From Dehalococcoidia bacterium (GTDB lineage: Bacteria; Chloroflexota; Dehalococcoidia; SHYB01), in contig CBDFJU010000002.1 of NCBI GenBank assembly GCA_965248515.1, positions 767,688-831,687 on the forward strand: a stretch of DNA of 64,000 nucleotides. Direction: 5' to 3'. The notes below the pieces were generated by a model that saw nothing but the letters and a program-made list of their open reading frames with translations, searched no databases and was not told where the DNA came from. Both the position numbers and the translations under genes were made by a program. Numbering within the stretch: position 1 is the stretch's first letter; each line of letters begins with the position of its first letter. This document shows positions 10,103 through 20,878 of this stretch, piece after piece.

Positions 10103-11239
10103 GTGTCTATTCAAGTCCTGAAGCCCAAGTATCACGTCGAGGAGTGCCTCGCCGAGATCGAGGAATGCCTGCGCTCCGGCTGGACCGGCGCCGGCTTCAA
10201 GACCATTGAGTTCGAGGACGCCTGGAAGCGCTACACCGGTCTGGCCAACGCCCACTTCGTCAACTCGGCAACCTCGGGCCTTCATCTGGCGATGGCAATC
10301 CTTAAAAAGCGGCACGGCTGGTCTGAGGACGACGAGGTGATCAGCACGCCCCTCACCTTCGTCTCCACGAACCACGCGATCCTGTACGAGCGACTGCAGC
10401 CCGTATTCGCGGACGTCGACGACACGCTGTGCCTCTCGCCGGCCTCCATCGAGGAGCGGATCACGCCGAAAACGCGGGCCGTGATGTACGTGGGCTTTGG
10501 GGGCAACACCGGGGAGCTGAACGCGGTCGCGGAGCTCTGCCGGCGCCGTGGCCTGGCGCTCGTCCTCGACGCCGCCCACATGGCGGGCACTCGTTATTTC
10601 GACCGGCATGTGGGGTCGGAGGCGGACGTCGCCGTCTTCAGCTTCCACTCGGTCAAGAACCTCGCGACGGCCGACTCGGGCATGGTGTGCTTCCGCGATG
10701 CCGGGGACGATGAAACGGCCCGGCGTCTCTCCTGGATGGGGATCACCAAGGCCACCCATGAGCGGACCGAGGAGGGCTCGTACAAGTGGCGGTACGACGT
10801 GCCCGACGTCGGGTTCAAGTACCACGGGAACTCGATCATGGCAGCCATTGGGCTGGTGCAGCTGCGCCACTTCGACGAGGACAATGCGCGCCGCAAATCC
10901 CTAGCAGCAAGCTACCGGAAAGCGCTGGAAGGGCATCCCTGCGTTCGACTGGTCCCCGAGGCCGCGGGCTGCCAGAGCGCGCAGCACCTGTTCCAGGTCA
11001 GAGTCGACCGTCGGGACGAGGTTATGGAGGAGCTCTACAGGGCCGACATCTACCCCGGCGTCCATTACGTCGATAACTCCGGCTACCCGATGTACCGGCA
11101 CCTGCGGGGCACGTGCCCCGACGCGGCAGCGGCGTCCGCGGAGCTTATCAGCCTTCCGTTGCACCTCGACCTCACCGACGAAGACGTGAGCCGCGTCTGC
11201 TCCACTCTCATAGCGGCGGTCGAAGAGGTCCGGGTCTAA
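10103..11239 (+). CDS. DegT/DnrJ/EryC1/StrS PLP sugar aminotransferase
   Basis: VNSATSGLHLA, LTFVST, LDAAHMAG, FSFHSVKNLATADSGM, GFKYH. Confidence 0.92.
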   Translation: MSIQVLKPKYHVEECLAEIEECLRSGWTGAGFKTIEFEDAWKRYTGLANAHFVNSATSGLHLAMAILKKRHGWSEDDEVISTPLTFVSTNHAILYERLQPVFADVDDTLCLSPASIEERITPKTRAVMYVGFGGNTGELNAVAELCRRRGLALVLDAAHMAGTRYFDRHVGSEADVAVFSFHSVKNLATADSGMVCFRDAGDDETARRLSWMGITKATHERTEEGSYKWRYDVPDVGFKYHGNSIMAAIGLVQLRHFDEDNARRKSLAASYRKALEGHPCVRLVPEAAGCQSAQHLFQVRVDRRDEVMEELYRADIYPGVHYVDNSGYPMYRHLRGTCPDAAAASAELISLPLHLDLTDEDVSRVCSTLIAAVEEVRV

Positions 11240-11243
11240 CGCC

Positions 11244-12232
11244 ATGTCCGATCCCCGGGACACGGTCACGATCATAACCGTCGGATACCGGTCTTGGGAC
11301 TATCTTCGCTTCCTTGCCTTCACCGCATCCCGGCTCGCCGACAGCGGATGGAAGGAATGGCTGCTCATCGACAACACGCCTGAGGAGGCCGAGGCCGAGC
11401 TGCTTTCCGGGTTGCCTGGCGCGCGAGTGTTGCCTCGGGGCCTCGCCGACGAGTGTTCCCGGCGTTCCCGGCGCTTTCCCCACGGCATGGACAGGACTAC
11501 GCTTGCTCCGTCAACGCCATGTATCGGGAGGTGACGACGGAGTACACCCTGCTCGTCGATCCGGACGTCGCGTTGCTTCGCGGCTCGTGGGACCGCGTCC
11601 TTGTCGATGAGATGGAGCGGCACGGCTACGACGCCGTCGGAGCGCCGTACAACCCCTACAAGTGGCAGAAGTACGCTGGCGATCCTAGCGTGATCTTTCT
11701 CTTCATCCGAACCAAGCTGCTGCAAGAGACGGGCTTCGACTTCCGCTCCTACTCCGGGAACCCGATCACCGATCGGTTCGAATATCTACTGCACCGTAAA
11801 CAGGGCCGCATCAACCGTTGGCTACCCGAGCTCGTGCGCGGCCGGAGCCGGGACGCCGGCTGGCGACTGCCGCATCTCTTCCGGTCTCGGCGAGCGGCGA
11901 CGCTGTCCTTCGGCGTGCCTTTCATTCGCGACGTGGCCGAGCACTTTCCCGGCAGGCTGCGGCGGGTGAAGCCCAGGGACCCCTTTCAGCGGCCCAAGAA
12001 TGGCCTGTTTCAGGCGAACGACATGGTTGCGGGGGACTACGACGAGTTCTGGCACGCGGGCGCTTTGTTCGCCACCCATCACGGTGGCTCCGGAGGCGCG
12101 GCCGGGTGGGCTTCGGAGAAGAGCCGCATCTGGTCGTCGAAGGTCCTCGACTATCTGAACGCGGGGCGGGCTGAGTTCGACGAGTATCTCGCCGACGTCA
12201 CGGCGCGGCGTGCGATCGGGAGCGTGGCCTGA
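11244..12232 (+). CDS. GT2-like hypothetical protein, frameshift near 11452
   Basis: ORF 11244 (TIITVGYRS...LLIDN) joins ORF 11453..12232 (TEYTLLVDPD, DxD motif). Confidence 0.55.
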
Positions 12233-13296
12233 TGAAGGCGCTGGTCCTCGCCGGTGGCAAGGGAACGAGGCTTCGGCCGATCACCTATAACACGCCCAAA
12301 CAACTGATTCCTATCGCCAACCAGCCGGTGCTGCACTACGTCCTGACCCGGCTCGAGGAGGTGGGCGTCCAGGAAGTGGGCATGATCATCGCCCCGGAAA
12401 CGGGCGATCAGATCAAGCAGGCCGTCGCTCGGGAAAACTGGGACTTTGAGGTCACCTACATTACCCAGGACGAGCCGTTGGGCCTGGCCCATGCGGTGAA
12501 GACCGCGCACGGTTTCCTGGGCGACGAACCTTTTGTGATGTGCCTGGGGGACAACCTCATCGGCGAAAGCATCACCGGGTTCGTCGACCGGTTCAACAAG
12601 TCGAAGAGCGACGCTCTTGTGCTGTTCAAAGAGGTGTCCGATCCCCGCCTGTTGGGTGTGGCGGAGTTCGACGAACAGGGCCGGTTGAAACGGCTCGTCG
12701 AGAAGCCCGAGGTGCCGCCTTCCAACCTCGCGCTGGTCGGCCTTTACATCTTCTCGCCGGCGATCCACGAGGCGATCTCCCACATCCAGCCCTCCTGGCG
12801 GGGTGAGCTCGAGATCACGGATGCCATCCAGCAGCTGCTGGATGGGGGCCGCAGCGTCGACAGCTTCGAGCTCAAGGGCTGGTGGCTCGATACCGGGAAG
12901 AAGGACGATCTGCTCGAGGCGACCCGTGTGGTCCTCGACGATTGGCTGAAGCCCGACTTGCAAGGCAGCGTCGACGCCGCCTCGAAGGTATCCGGCCGCG
13001 TCGACCTGGCGCCGGACGCGGTCGTCGAGGGCAGCGAGATTCGGGAGCCCGCGATCATCGGCGCCGGCACTGTGATCAAGAACAGCTTCATCGGTCCCTA
13101 CTCCAGCGTAGGCAACGGCTGTCAGATCACCCGGTCGTCCCTCGAGCACTGCGTCGTACTGGACGGGGTCGTCATCGAGGGCCTGGAGCGCCTCGAAGAC
13201 AGCGTCATCGGGCAGAACGCGACCATACGCTACTCCTCGAGCAACCACCGGGCCGTCCGGCTGATGATCGGCGAGGACTCGGAGGTCCTCTTTTAA
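12232..13296 (+). CDS. rmlA: Glucose-1-phosphate thymidylyltransferase (long form)
   Basis: MKALVLAGGKGTRLRPIT..PKQLIPIAN, EKP, RGELEITDA, WWLDTGK; C-terminal beta-helix. Confidence 0.92.
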   Translation: MKALVLAGGKGTRLRPITYNTPKQLIPIANQPVLHYVLTRLEEVGVQEVGMIIAPETGDQIKQAVARENWDFEVTYITQDEPLGLAHAVKTAHGFLGDEPFVMCLGDNLIGESITGFVDRFNKSKSDALVLFKEVSDPRLLGVAEFDEQGRLKRLVEKPEVPPSNLALVGLYIFSPAIHEAISHIQPSWRGELEITDAIQQLLDGGRSVDSFELKGWWLDTGKKDDLLEATRVVLDDWLKPDLQGSVDAASKVSGRVDLAPDAVVEGSEIREPAIIGAGTVIKNSFIGPYSSVGNGCQITRSSLEHCVVLDGVVIEGLERLEDSVIGQNATIRYSSSNHRAVRLMIGEDSEVLF

Positions 13297-13297
13297 C

Positions 13298-13855
13298 ATG
13301 GCCTTCAGCTTTCGCGACCTGGAGATACCGGGCGTGGTCCTGATCGAGCCCGAGGTGTTCTCCGACGACCGCGGTTCCTTCATGGAGACCTTCAAGGGCT
13401 CGGATTTCGCCGCCAACGGCGTCCCCGAGCGCTTTGCGCAGGAAAACCAGTCGCGCTCTCGGCGCGGAGTGCTTCGAGGGCTCCACATCCAGCGGCCGCC
13501 CAAGGCCCAGGGAAAGCTGGTGCGGGTGGTCGCCGGCGAAGTCTTCGATGTCGTGGTCGACGTCCTGGAGGGCTCGGCCAGCTACGGCCAATGGGTCGCC
13601 AACGTGCTCTCCAGCGACAACAACCTGATGCTTTACGTGCCACCGTGGTGCCTTCACGGCTTCGTCGTCAACAGCGACACCGCGGATGTCGTCTACATGG
13701 CAACGGAAGAATACGCGCCCGATCATGAAAGCGGCGTGGCGTGGAACGACCCCGACCTGGCGATCCGCTGGCCGATCGAGGAGCCGGTTCTATCCGAGCG
13801 AGACCGGGCGCTCCCACGGCTTCGCGACGTGCGATTGAGCATGATGAAAGTATGA
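13298..13855 (+). CDS. rmlC: dTDP-4-dehydrorhamnose 3,5-epimerase
   Basis: DDRGSFMETF, QENQSRS..GVLRGLH, QGKLVRV, WNDPDLAIRWP. Confidence 0.93.
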   Translation: MAFSFRDLEIPGVVLIEPEVFSDDRGSFMETFKGSDFAANGVPERFAQENQSRSRRGVLRGLHIQRPPKAQGKLVRVVAGEVFDVVVDVLEGSASYGQWVANVLSSDNNLMLYVPPWCLHGFVVNSDTADVVYMATEEYAPDHESGVAWNDPDLAIRWPIEEPVLSERDRALPRLRDVRLSMMKV

Positions 13856-13865
13856 GCGCGCACGG

Positions 13866-14912
13866 ATGACAACGGCGCTGATCACCGGAGGGGCCGGGTT
13901 TATCGGCTCGAACCTGGTGCACCATCTGGTCGAGGCGCGCCCCGACTGGCATTTGCTCGTCGTGGACAAGCTCACTTACGCGGGCAATCTCCGCAACCTG
14001 GAAGGCGTTCTCGAGAACCCCAACCTCACGTTCTTGCAGCACGACATCGGCGACCGGGAGGCGATGCAGGCCCTCTTTGGCGAGCACCGACCGGAGCTCG
14101 TGGTGAACGTCGCCGCCGAGTCCCACGTCGACCGCAGTATCCTCGACGCCAGTCCCTTCATCGTCACCAACGTCCTGGGGACGCAGGTGCTGCTGGAGAG
14201 CGCCCGAGAGCACGGGGTCCAGCGTTTCCTCCAGGTGTCGACGGATGAAGTCTACGGCTCGGCCCCATCCGATCGGCGGTTCGACGAAGAGAGCTCGCTG
14301 CACCCGACAAGCCCGTACGCCGCGTCCAAGGCGGCCGCCGATCTCCTGTGCGACGCCTACCTCCGCACCTATGGCGTGCCGGTGGTCATTACCCGCAGCT
14401 CGAACAACTACGGCCCCTACCAGTTCCCCGAGAAGCTGCTCCCGCTGGCGGTCCTCGTTCTGCTGCGCGGGGAGGCGATACCCGTCTACGGCGAAGGGGC
14501 CAACATGCGGGACTGGTTGTATGTGACCGATAACTGCCGTGGGCTGCTCTCAGTCCTCGAGAAAGGGACGGTCGGCGAGGTCTACAACCTCGGGACGGGA
14601 GAGGAACGCCCCAACATCGAGGTGCTGGAACTGCTCTGGGAGCTGTTCGCCGAGCGAATGGCGCGGCCCGACGGCGGAGGCGCGCCGGTGAAGTTCGTCG
14701 ACGATCGGCCCGGCCACGACCTCCGTTACGCGATGTCCATGGAGAAGGTCAACCGGGATACGGGATGGCGCCCCTCGGTGGACTTGCAGACCGGGCTTCG
14801 CGCCACCCTGGACTGGTACCTCGACCACCGTGACTGGGTCGAGGAGGTGCTGTCCGGAGACTACCTTCGTTACTACGAAGCCGTATATGAGCGGTCATGG
14901 GGCAGAAAATAG
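13866..14912 (+). CDS. rmlB: dTDP-glucose 4,6-dehydratase
   Basis: TGGAGFIGSN, DKLTYAGN, AAESHVDRSI, STDEVYG, YAASKAA, NNYGPYQFPEKL, DRPGHDLRY. Confidence 0.95.
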   Translation: MTTALITGGAGFIGSNLVHHLVEARPDWHLLVVDKLTYAGNLRNLEGVLENPNLTFLQHDIGDREAMQALFGEHRPELVVNVAAESHVDRSILDASPFIVTNVLGTQVLLESAREHGVQRFLQVSTDEVYGSAPSDRRFDEESSLHPTSPYAASKAAADLLCDAYLRTYGVPVVITRSSNNYGPYQFPEKLLPLAVLVLLRGEAIPVYGEGANMRDWLYVTDNCRGLLSVLEKGTVGEVYNLGTGEERPNIEVLELLWELFAERMARPDGGGAPVKFVDDRPGHDLRYAMSMEKVNRDTGWRPSVDLQTGLRATLDWYLDHRDWVEEVLSGDYLRYYEAVYERSWGRK

Positions 14913-16208
14913 CCACGGCCGCTGCCAACCTGCCCAACGTCATCATGTTCGTTGGCCACTTCAACGACATCGACCACCTGTCGCCGGTAGCCTACAAGCT
15001 GTGGGAGACGGGGCGGGCCCGGCCCATCGTTGTCGTCACCGACCCCGCCTACGACATCGAGGGCGACTACCGCTTGCGGTTCCTCGAGGAGCACTGCGGC
15101 GCCAAGGTGCGCCATGCCCCCTGGTTCGAGCCGCCCAACATCGTCGTCGCCTGGCTGACGGGCCTGGCGGCCAGCATCCGAGAAGGCCCGTTGGGTGGCC
15201 CGGCGATTTTCGCCTTCAGGGCGTTGAGGCAACTCTTCTACGGACGGCGCTGGGCTGACAAGGTGCTCTCGAAGTATCAGCCGGCGGCTCTGGTATTCGA
15301 GTGGGCACACCCAGCGAGCGGAATCGCGGGCGCCTTCGTCCTCGCCGGGAAGGTGAGGGGCGTGCCGGCCCTCTCCCTGCCCCACGGTATGTTCATCTTC
15401 ACCAACGATCTGGTGACGCGAGGGGAGCAACAACGCGGCCGGGTAAGCCGGGACTACGTGAACCTGTTCGACCGTGCCGTATACCAGAGCCGACTCCACG
15501 CCGACCGCGCCCGGGAAGAGGGCGTGCGCCCCGAGAAGACCGCTGTCCTCGGCAGCGCCAGATATTGCGACGAGTGGCAGCGGCTGAATCTCGACATCCA
15601 GCCCGTGACCTTCACGTCCGAAAAAGGGGAAGGCTGCACCCACCGTGCGGTGTTGATGCTGCCCCAATGGAACTACAACGCGGACAAAGATGCCGCGGTC
15701 CGGACGCTGCGGCGACTCGGGGACGAGGCCTGGCTCCACCTCGCGGTAAAGCCCCACACGCGGGAGCTGGCGGCGAAGCCCGACTACCTCCGCGAGCTCG
15801 ATGCGCTCCCCAACGTCGAGATCGTTGGAGACGTCCCCTCGACCGCCCTCATCCAGTGGGCCGACTCCGTCATCGTTTCCGGTTCCAGCATCGCACTGGA
15901 GGTCCTGTTACAGGGCAAGGTGCACATCGACCCGGCCTACGTCGACGAGAACTCGACCGTGTTCGAGGAGGCGGGCGCAGAGTGGACGGTCCATGACGAC
16001 GACGATCTGGTCGACGCGCTACGCCGGCTCTCCCAGGGGGAAAAAACCACCGTACGGCGACGACGAGATAGCGAAGGTGGTCCGGCAGCTCGTCCTGGGC
16101 GACCGCGATGACCGCGACGTGCTCGGCCATTACGTGGACTTCGTGCTCGGCGGCTGGCGCACGGAACCCGCCCCCGAGGAGCCGGCTGAGCCATCGAGGC
16201 AAGCCTGA
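14897..16208 (+). CDS. Uncharacterised surface-glycan protein (GT-B / glycerophosphotransferase-like), frameshift in G5A6 run at 16036-16046
   Basis: FNDIDHLSP, LPHG, LGSARY, VKPHTR, SSIALE motifs; C-terminus continues in frame of ORF 15801..16208. Confidence 0.55.
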
Positions 16209-16209
16209 C

Positions 16210-17890
16210 ATGACGCCCGAGACGAGCATTATCATCAGGACCCTGAACGAGGAGAAATTCCTCCCTCGCTTGCTGGAAGGGATTCGAGCGCAGAACTATA
16301 CCGACTGGGAGATCATCCTCGTCGACTCGGGCTCGCGCGACGGTACACTCGACATCGCCGCCCGCTACACAGAGCACATCGTCCACATCGACCCGGCGGA
16401 CTTCACCTTCGGTCGCTCTCTCAACCTGGGTTGCGAGCGCGCCCGGGGACGATATCTCGTGCTGGTCAGCGCCCACGTTCACCCCACCAGCAACAACTGG
16501 CTAGGCAACCTGGTCGAGCCCTTTTCGGAGCCGACCGTCGCCATGGTCTACGGACGACAACGTGCCGGCGACGAGAACAGGCTCTCCGAGCGGATGGACC
16601 TCTACCGCAACTACGGTCCGACGTCGCGGGTCCTGGTCGACCAGCCCAACGGGAATAACGGGAACGCGGCGGTCCGCCGTGACCTGTGGCTCGAGGAGCC
16701 CTTCGACGAGTCGCTCCCCGGTCTCGAGGACATCGATTGGGCCCGCAAGTTCCAGCAGCGGGGCTACCGGATCTACTACGCGGCGGACGCCGTCGCCTTC
16801 CACATTCACGAAGAGAGCCTGCGACAGGTGTACCGCCGCTTCTTCCGCGAAGCGGTGGCGTGGAAGCGGATATTCCCGGACTTCCGCCCCACCGCCGCCG
16901 ACGCAATCAAGGGCTTCATCTACACCGTGGCCACCGACGTCCTGCACGCCCTGCGGGCCAGGGACCTGGGGCAGCTGGTCCAGGTCCCCGGGACTCGAAT
17001 CGCCGAGTTCCTCGGTACCTATCGCGGGCACCGTGAGCACGTTCGCCTCAGCCGGGCGGTTATCGACGGTCTCCGTCCCCCTGGTGAAACTGAGGCGTTG
17101 GTAGTCGAGGGGCCTTCAAAACACGGCCTCCAGCCCAGGCCTGTTCCGAGTCCCGGCCCCGGCGAGGTGCTCGTCCAGGTGGCGTACATCCCTGTGGACT
17201 CGAAGGACGCGACCGAGGTGTCTGGGACGACCCCGGTTCCCCGGACGCGTCTGCTCCGGGGCCGTGCTGGCGACTGGCGCCGGCGCCGGGGCCCTTCAGC
17301 CAGGCGACAAGGTTGTCGTAACCGGCGTCGCCGGCGCCTATGCCCGGCACATCGTGGTCCCGTCCTCCCGAGTGCGGAAGGCGCCCCGAGACTTGCCCTT
17401 CAAGACCGCGACGCTTCTCGCGCTGGTCTCCGAATGCGTCGACCGCGTCGGCCCCGCCGTTCGCGCCAGTGGACGGGCCTGCGTACTGGGAGCGGGACCT
17501 CGGGGTAATCTCTGCGCTCAGATCCTTCGAAGCCGGGGCCTCGACGTGACCGTCGTCGAGCGGGACGCGCGATGGCTCAAGCTCCTCCACAAGTACGAGC
17601 TCAACACCTCGTCCGAGCCGCCGCCCCAGAACGGGTTCGACACCTACGTGTCCGAGGACGTCGAGCCCTTTTCCGCCGGCGATGCCTCGGGCGGCAACGG
17701 GACTGCGACCGCGACGAGCGACGCCTGGCAAGAGGCGGTCCGCGCACTCACCTCCGGTGAGCTGAACCTGTCGGACCACATCGGCGTCGTGTTGCCACTG
17801 GAGTCCTATCAGGAGGCGTGGGACGGTCTCCGCGACGGTAGATATTTCAATGTGCTGCTCCTCGCGAGCAAAGAGCTGGAGAGCGTGTAG
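16210..17890 (+). CDS. GT2 glycosyltransferase fused to a degenerate MDR (Zn-ADH-like) domain, frameshift in C4 run at 17239-17242
   Basis: SIIIRTLNEE, VDSGSRDGT, SAHVHP, LEDIDWA; then PSPGPGEVLVQV, VLGAGPRG and a YFNVLL tail in ORF 17264..17890. Confidence 0.7.
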
Positions 17891-17897
17891 CCGGCCC

Positions 17898-19934
17898 ATG
17901 CACCTCATAGTCGTAGAGGCGACCAACGTCAAACCCGGGTGGCTGCGCTCGCTCGCACTACCCCGAGGCCAGCGTATCGCCGTGCTACCGCTGGGCGGCG
18001 CCGGCGAAGCGGCTGCGTCCGTCGCCGAATGGGTCGCGGACGTCACGGGAACGCATCCCGAGACGATCGACGTCGGGGATGAAGGGCTCAAAGAAGCGGC
18101 GTTTTCGGCCAGGGGAAAATACATAGACGCCGTGGCCCGGTGGCCGGAACAGTACCGCCACGATGGCAAGAGCCTCAAGGAGCTCCTCGTGTCCGATGGG
18201 CTCTCGCTCTGGTGGCTGAGCAGGGCCAGAATGAAGGACCAGGAGGAGTCACCCACCTTCGGTTACCTGTTTCATCTCGAGCTCCTGGAGCGGCTTCACC
18301 GCGACGGCCCGATCGAGGGGCTCCACCTGATATCGGAGCACCGCGGATTTCGTGACCTGGTCCGGCAATGGGCGGCCCGCCAGGGAATCGCCCTCGTCTG
18401 TCATCCCCGCGGCAGCGAGCCCGACCCTCGCACATGGCTCGCGCGCTGGGCCGTGAGCCGGCTGTGGTTTACCGCCAAGGCCATGCTCGGCTACCTGTTA
18501 GCGAAACTTCTAATCCTGCTGCCCGGTCCCGCGGCTCCATCTCGCGACGAGGTCGCGTTCCTCACCTATCTCGGCGATACGGCCATGATCGACTCCCACG
18601 GCATCCACGACCGCAACTACGCCCGTCTTCCCGACCATCTCGGCGAAGAAAGCGGACTCTCTCCCGTGTACGCCGCCTTCGTCTACGACCGGCCCGTGTA
18701 TCTACTACGGAACCTCAGACGAATCCTGGCGAACCGCGATCGGCTCGCGCTACTCGAAGCTTACCTCCCCCTCCGCGCCTTCGTTGGCACGCTCTTCGGG
18801 GTGGGAACCCTACTCCGCTTTCTCGCTCTCGATAGGGACAGGCGGTTTCGAGAGGCATTCGACTACGAGGGTCTGAGCGTCTACCCGTTGATACGGCCCG
18901 AGCTTCTTGGCTCCTTCGTCGGCCCGCACGTGACGCAGTGCCTTCTGCTGGGCCGCGGCTTCGAGCACCTGACGCGCCGCCGCCCGTTGCGGTTCGTGGT
19001 GAGCTTCCTCGAGCTGTACCCGGAGGGCCTTGCGGTCTACTGGGGCGCGAAGCGGGGGCGTCCTGAAACGACCACTGTCGCCTACCAGCACGCTGGGGTG
19101 ACCCACATGAAGCTCTGGTATAGTCCCGCACCCAGCGAGGTCGTTCCGGATTCCGTAGACTCCAGGGGCGGCATCGACACCATGCCGATACCCGACAACA
19201 TCGTCTGCCAAGGGGGCTTCGGCCGCCGGGTCTTTCTCGAGGCGGGCTTTCCCGACGACGCATGCCTCCTGACCGGCAGCCCCAGGTACGACGCGCTCAA
19301 GGACGCCGCCAACCTCGCGGGTCCCGACGTCGACCCGGTGAAGCGGTTGGGTGTGTCTCCCGGAAAGAGGCTGGCCGTCGTCGCCACGCCCTACGACTGG
19401 AATCACACGATGGCGCTGCTCCGCGCGGTAGCGGACGCCTTTCGCTCCAGGCCCGAATGGCACGTGGCGGTCAAGCCACACCCCGTCCAGCGGGTTCAGG
19501 ACATCGCGACGGAGATGCGTCGGCCGGGCGGCCTGGATGGCTACTCCATCGTCGATCTCCCCATCCCACAGCTGGCCCGCATGGCCGGCGTTCTGGTCAC
19601 GACGTATTCCACCGCCGCCGACGAGGCCATTGCGATGGGCTGTCCCGCCATCGTGTTTCAGGACGGTATGAGCTTCTTCATGGGCACGTTCTGGGAAGTA
19701 GCCGCGGGACCCATCGTAAGAAGCTCTGAAGCACTGGGAGAGGCGCTGGACACACTCGGCAGGACGCCCGACGGCTTTGCGGAATACCGGGACCGCTGGG
19801 AGGAGTTGATCGAAGGCAGTTTCCACCGGGTCGATGGGATGGCCCACCGGCGCGTGACAGAGGCGTTGTCAGGCCTTCATGCGGATACACCGCCAACTCA
19901 AGACGTGAGAGCGAAGGCGACGCTTGCCCGATAG
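17898..19934 (+). CDS. Surface carbohydrate biosynthesis protein (LIC13510-like, GT-B-like C-terminus)
   Basis: LSLWWLS, AYQHA, PIPDNIVCQG, TGSPRYD, VKPHP, STAADEAIAMG. Confidence 0.6.
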   Translation: MHLIVVEATNVKPGWLRSLALPRGQRIAVLPLGGAGEAAASVAEWVADVTGTHPETIDVGDEGLKEAAFSARGKYIDAVARWPEQYRHDGKSLKELLVSDGLSLWWLSRARMKDQEESPTFGYLFHLELLERLHRDGPIEGLHLISEHRGFRDLVRQWAARQGIALVCHPRGSEPDPRTWLARWAVSRLWFTAKAMLGYLLAKLLILLPGPAAPSRDEVAFLTYLGDTAMIDSHGIHDRNYARLPDHLGEESGLSPVYAAFVYDRPVYLLRNLRRILANRDRLALLEAYLPLRAFVGTLFGVGTLLRFLALDRDRRFREAFDYEGLSVYPLIRPELLGSFVGPHVTQCLLLGRGFEHLTRRRPLRFVVSFLELYPEGLAVYWGAKRGRPETTTVAYQHAGVTHMKLWYSPAPSEVVPDSVDSRGGIDTMPIPDNIVCQGGFGRRVFLEAGFPDDACLLTGSPRYDALKDAANLAGPDVDPVKRLGVSPGKRLAVVATPYDWNHTMALLRAVADAFRSRPEWHVAVKPHPVQRVQDIATEMRRPGGLDGYSIVDLPIPQLARMAGVLVTTYSTAADEAIAMGCPAIVFQDGMSFFMGTFWEVAAGPIVRSSEALGEALDTLGRTPDGFAEYRDRWEELIEGSFHRVDGMAHRRVTEALSGLHADTPPTQDVRAKATLAR

Positions 19935-20865
19935 TCCGGAGAGACAGCCTTATTTCAGCGTGGTGGTCCCCACCTACAACCAGGCCGATTACCTCGCGCT
20001 GGCGCTGGAATCGGTGCAGGCCCAGACGTGGCAAGATTTTGAGGTGATCGTCGTCGACAACGAGTCGACGGACCATACGCGAGGCGTCGTTGACGGCGTC
20101 CGGGCGCAGGATGGCCGCTTCCGGTCGTTGCTCTTCGTCGACAATCACGTTATCGGGTCGGTGCGCAACGCAGGGATCGAGGCGTCGCGGGGCCGCTACG
20201 TCGCGTTCCTCGATACCGACGACGTGTGGTACCCAACCAAGCTGCAATTGGTGGCCGAGGTCTTCGAGCGGCGCCCGAGCATACGCGTTGTCTGCCACGA
20301 CGAGGATTTTATTAGCGGAGACAGGGTCATAAGAAAGCAGAGCTACGGGGTGCCGGAGAGCAGCCGGCTTCCGTTGCACGACTATCTTCTGTACGAGCGG
20401 AATTGCCTTTCGACCTCGGCCACGGCTGTCGAGCGGGACGCGTTGACGGCCGTCGGCGGCTTTTCGTCAGACCCCGCGTTCAACACCGTCGAGGACTACG
20501 ATCTGTGGCTTCGGCTCTCGAAGGAGGTCGAGTTCCACTTCCTCCACGAGACCCTGGGCCGGTACCGGGTCCACCCCGGCGGCGTCTCCTACGCGTCCGA
20601 CAGCAACGTTCAAAACACCTACAACGTGGTCAGCCGGCACGTCTCGACCAACGGGGGCGCCGCTTCCGGATGGCGCGTGGGCAGGCGCTACGCGTCGATC
20701 TGGTATCAGGCGGCGCGGAACAACGCCGGGCGGGGCTCTTTGGGTGGGGCGTTGCGCTACTACGCCAGGGCGCTGAGCGCCGGTCCCTGGCATTGGAAGC
20801 TCTATCCCGGCGCTGGCCACCTGGTGCTGACCTGGGGAAGGGGACTCCTGGCCCGTTCCAAGTGA
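19924..20865 (+). CDS. GT2 glycosyltransferase
   Basis: SVVVPTYNQ, VVDNESTD, AFLDTDDVW, EDYDLWLRL. Confidence 0.9.
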   Translation: MPDSPERQPYFSVVVPTYNQADYLALALESVQAQTWQDFEVIVVDNESTDHTRGVVDGVRAQDGRFRSLLFVDNHVIGSVRNAGIEASRGRYVAFLDTDDVWYPTKLQLVAEVFERRPSIRVVCHDEDFISGDRVIRKQSYGVPESSRLPLHDYLLYERNCLSTSATAVERDALTAVGGFSSDPAFNTVEDYDLWLRLSKEVEFHFLHETLGRYRVHPGGVSYASDSNVQNTYNVVSRHVSTNGGAASGWRVGRRYASIWYQAARNNAGRGSLGGALRYYARALSAGPWHWKLYPGAGHLVLTWGRGLLARSK

Positions 20866-20878
20866 GCGGACGCACCCC

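Noticed and set aside
16036-16046. Phase-variable homopolymer tract
   Set aside because: G5A6 is short, and similar single indels occur in unrelated genes, consistent with consensus error.
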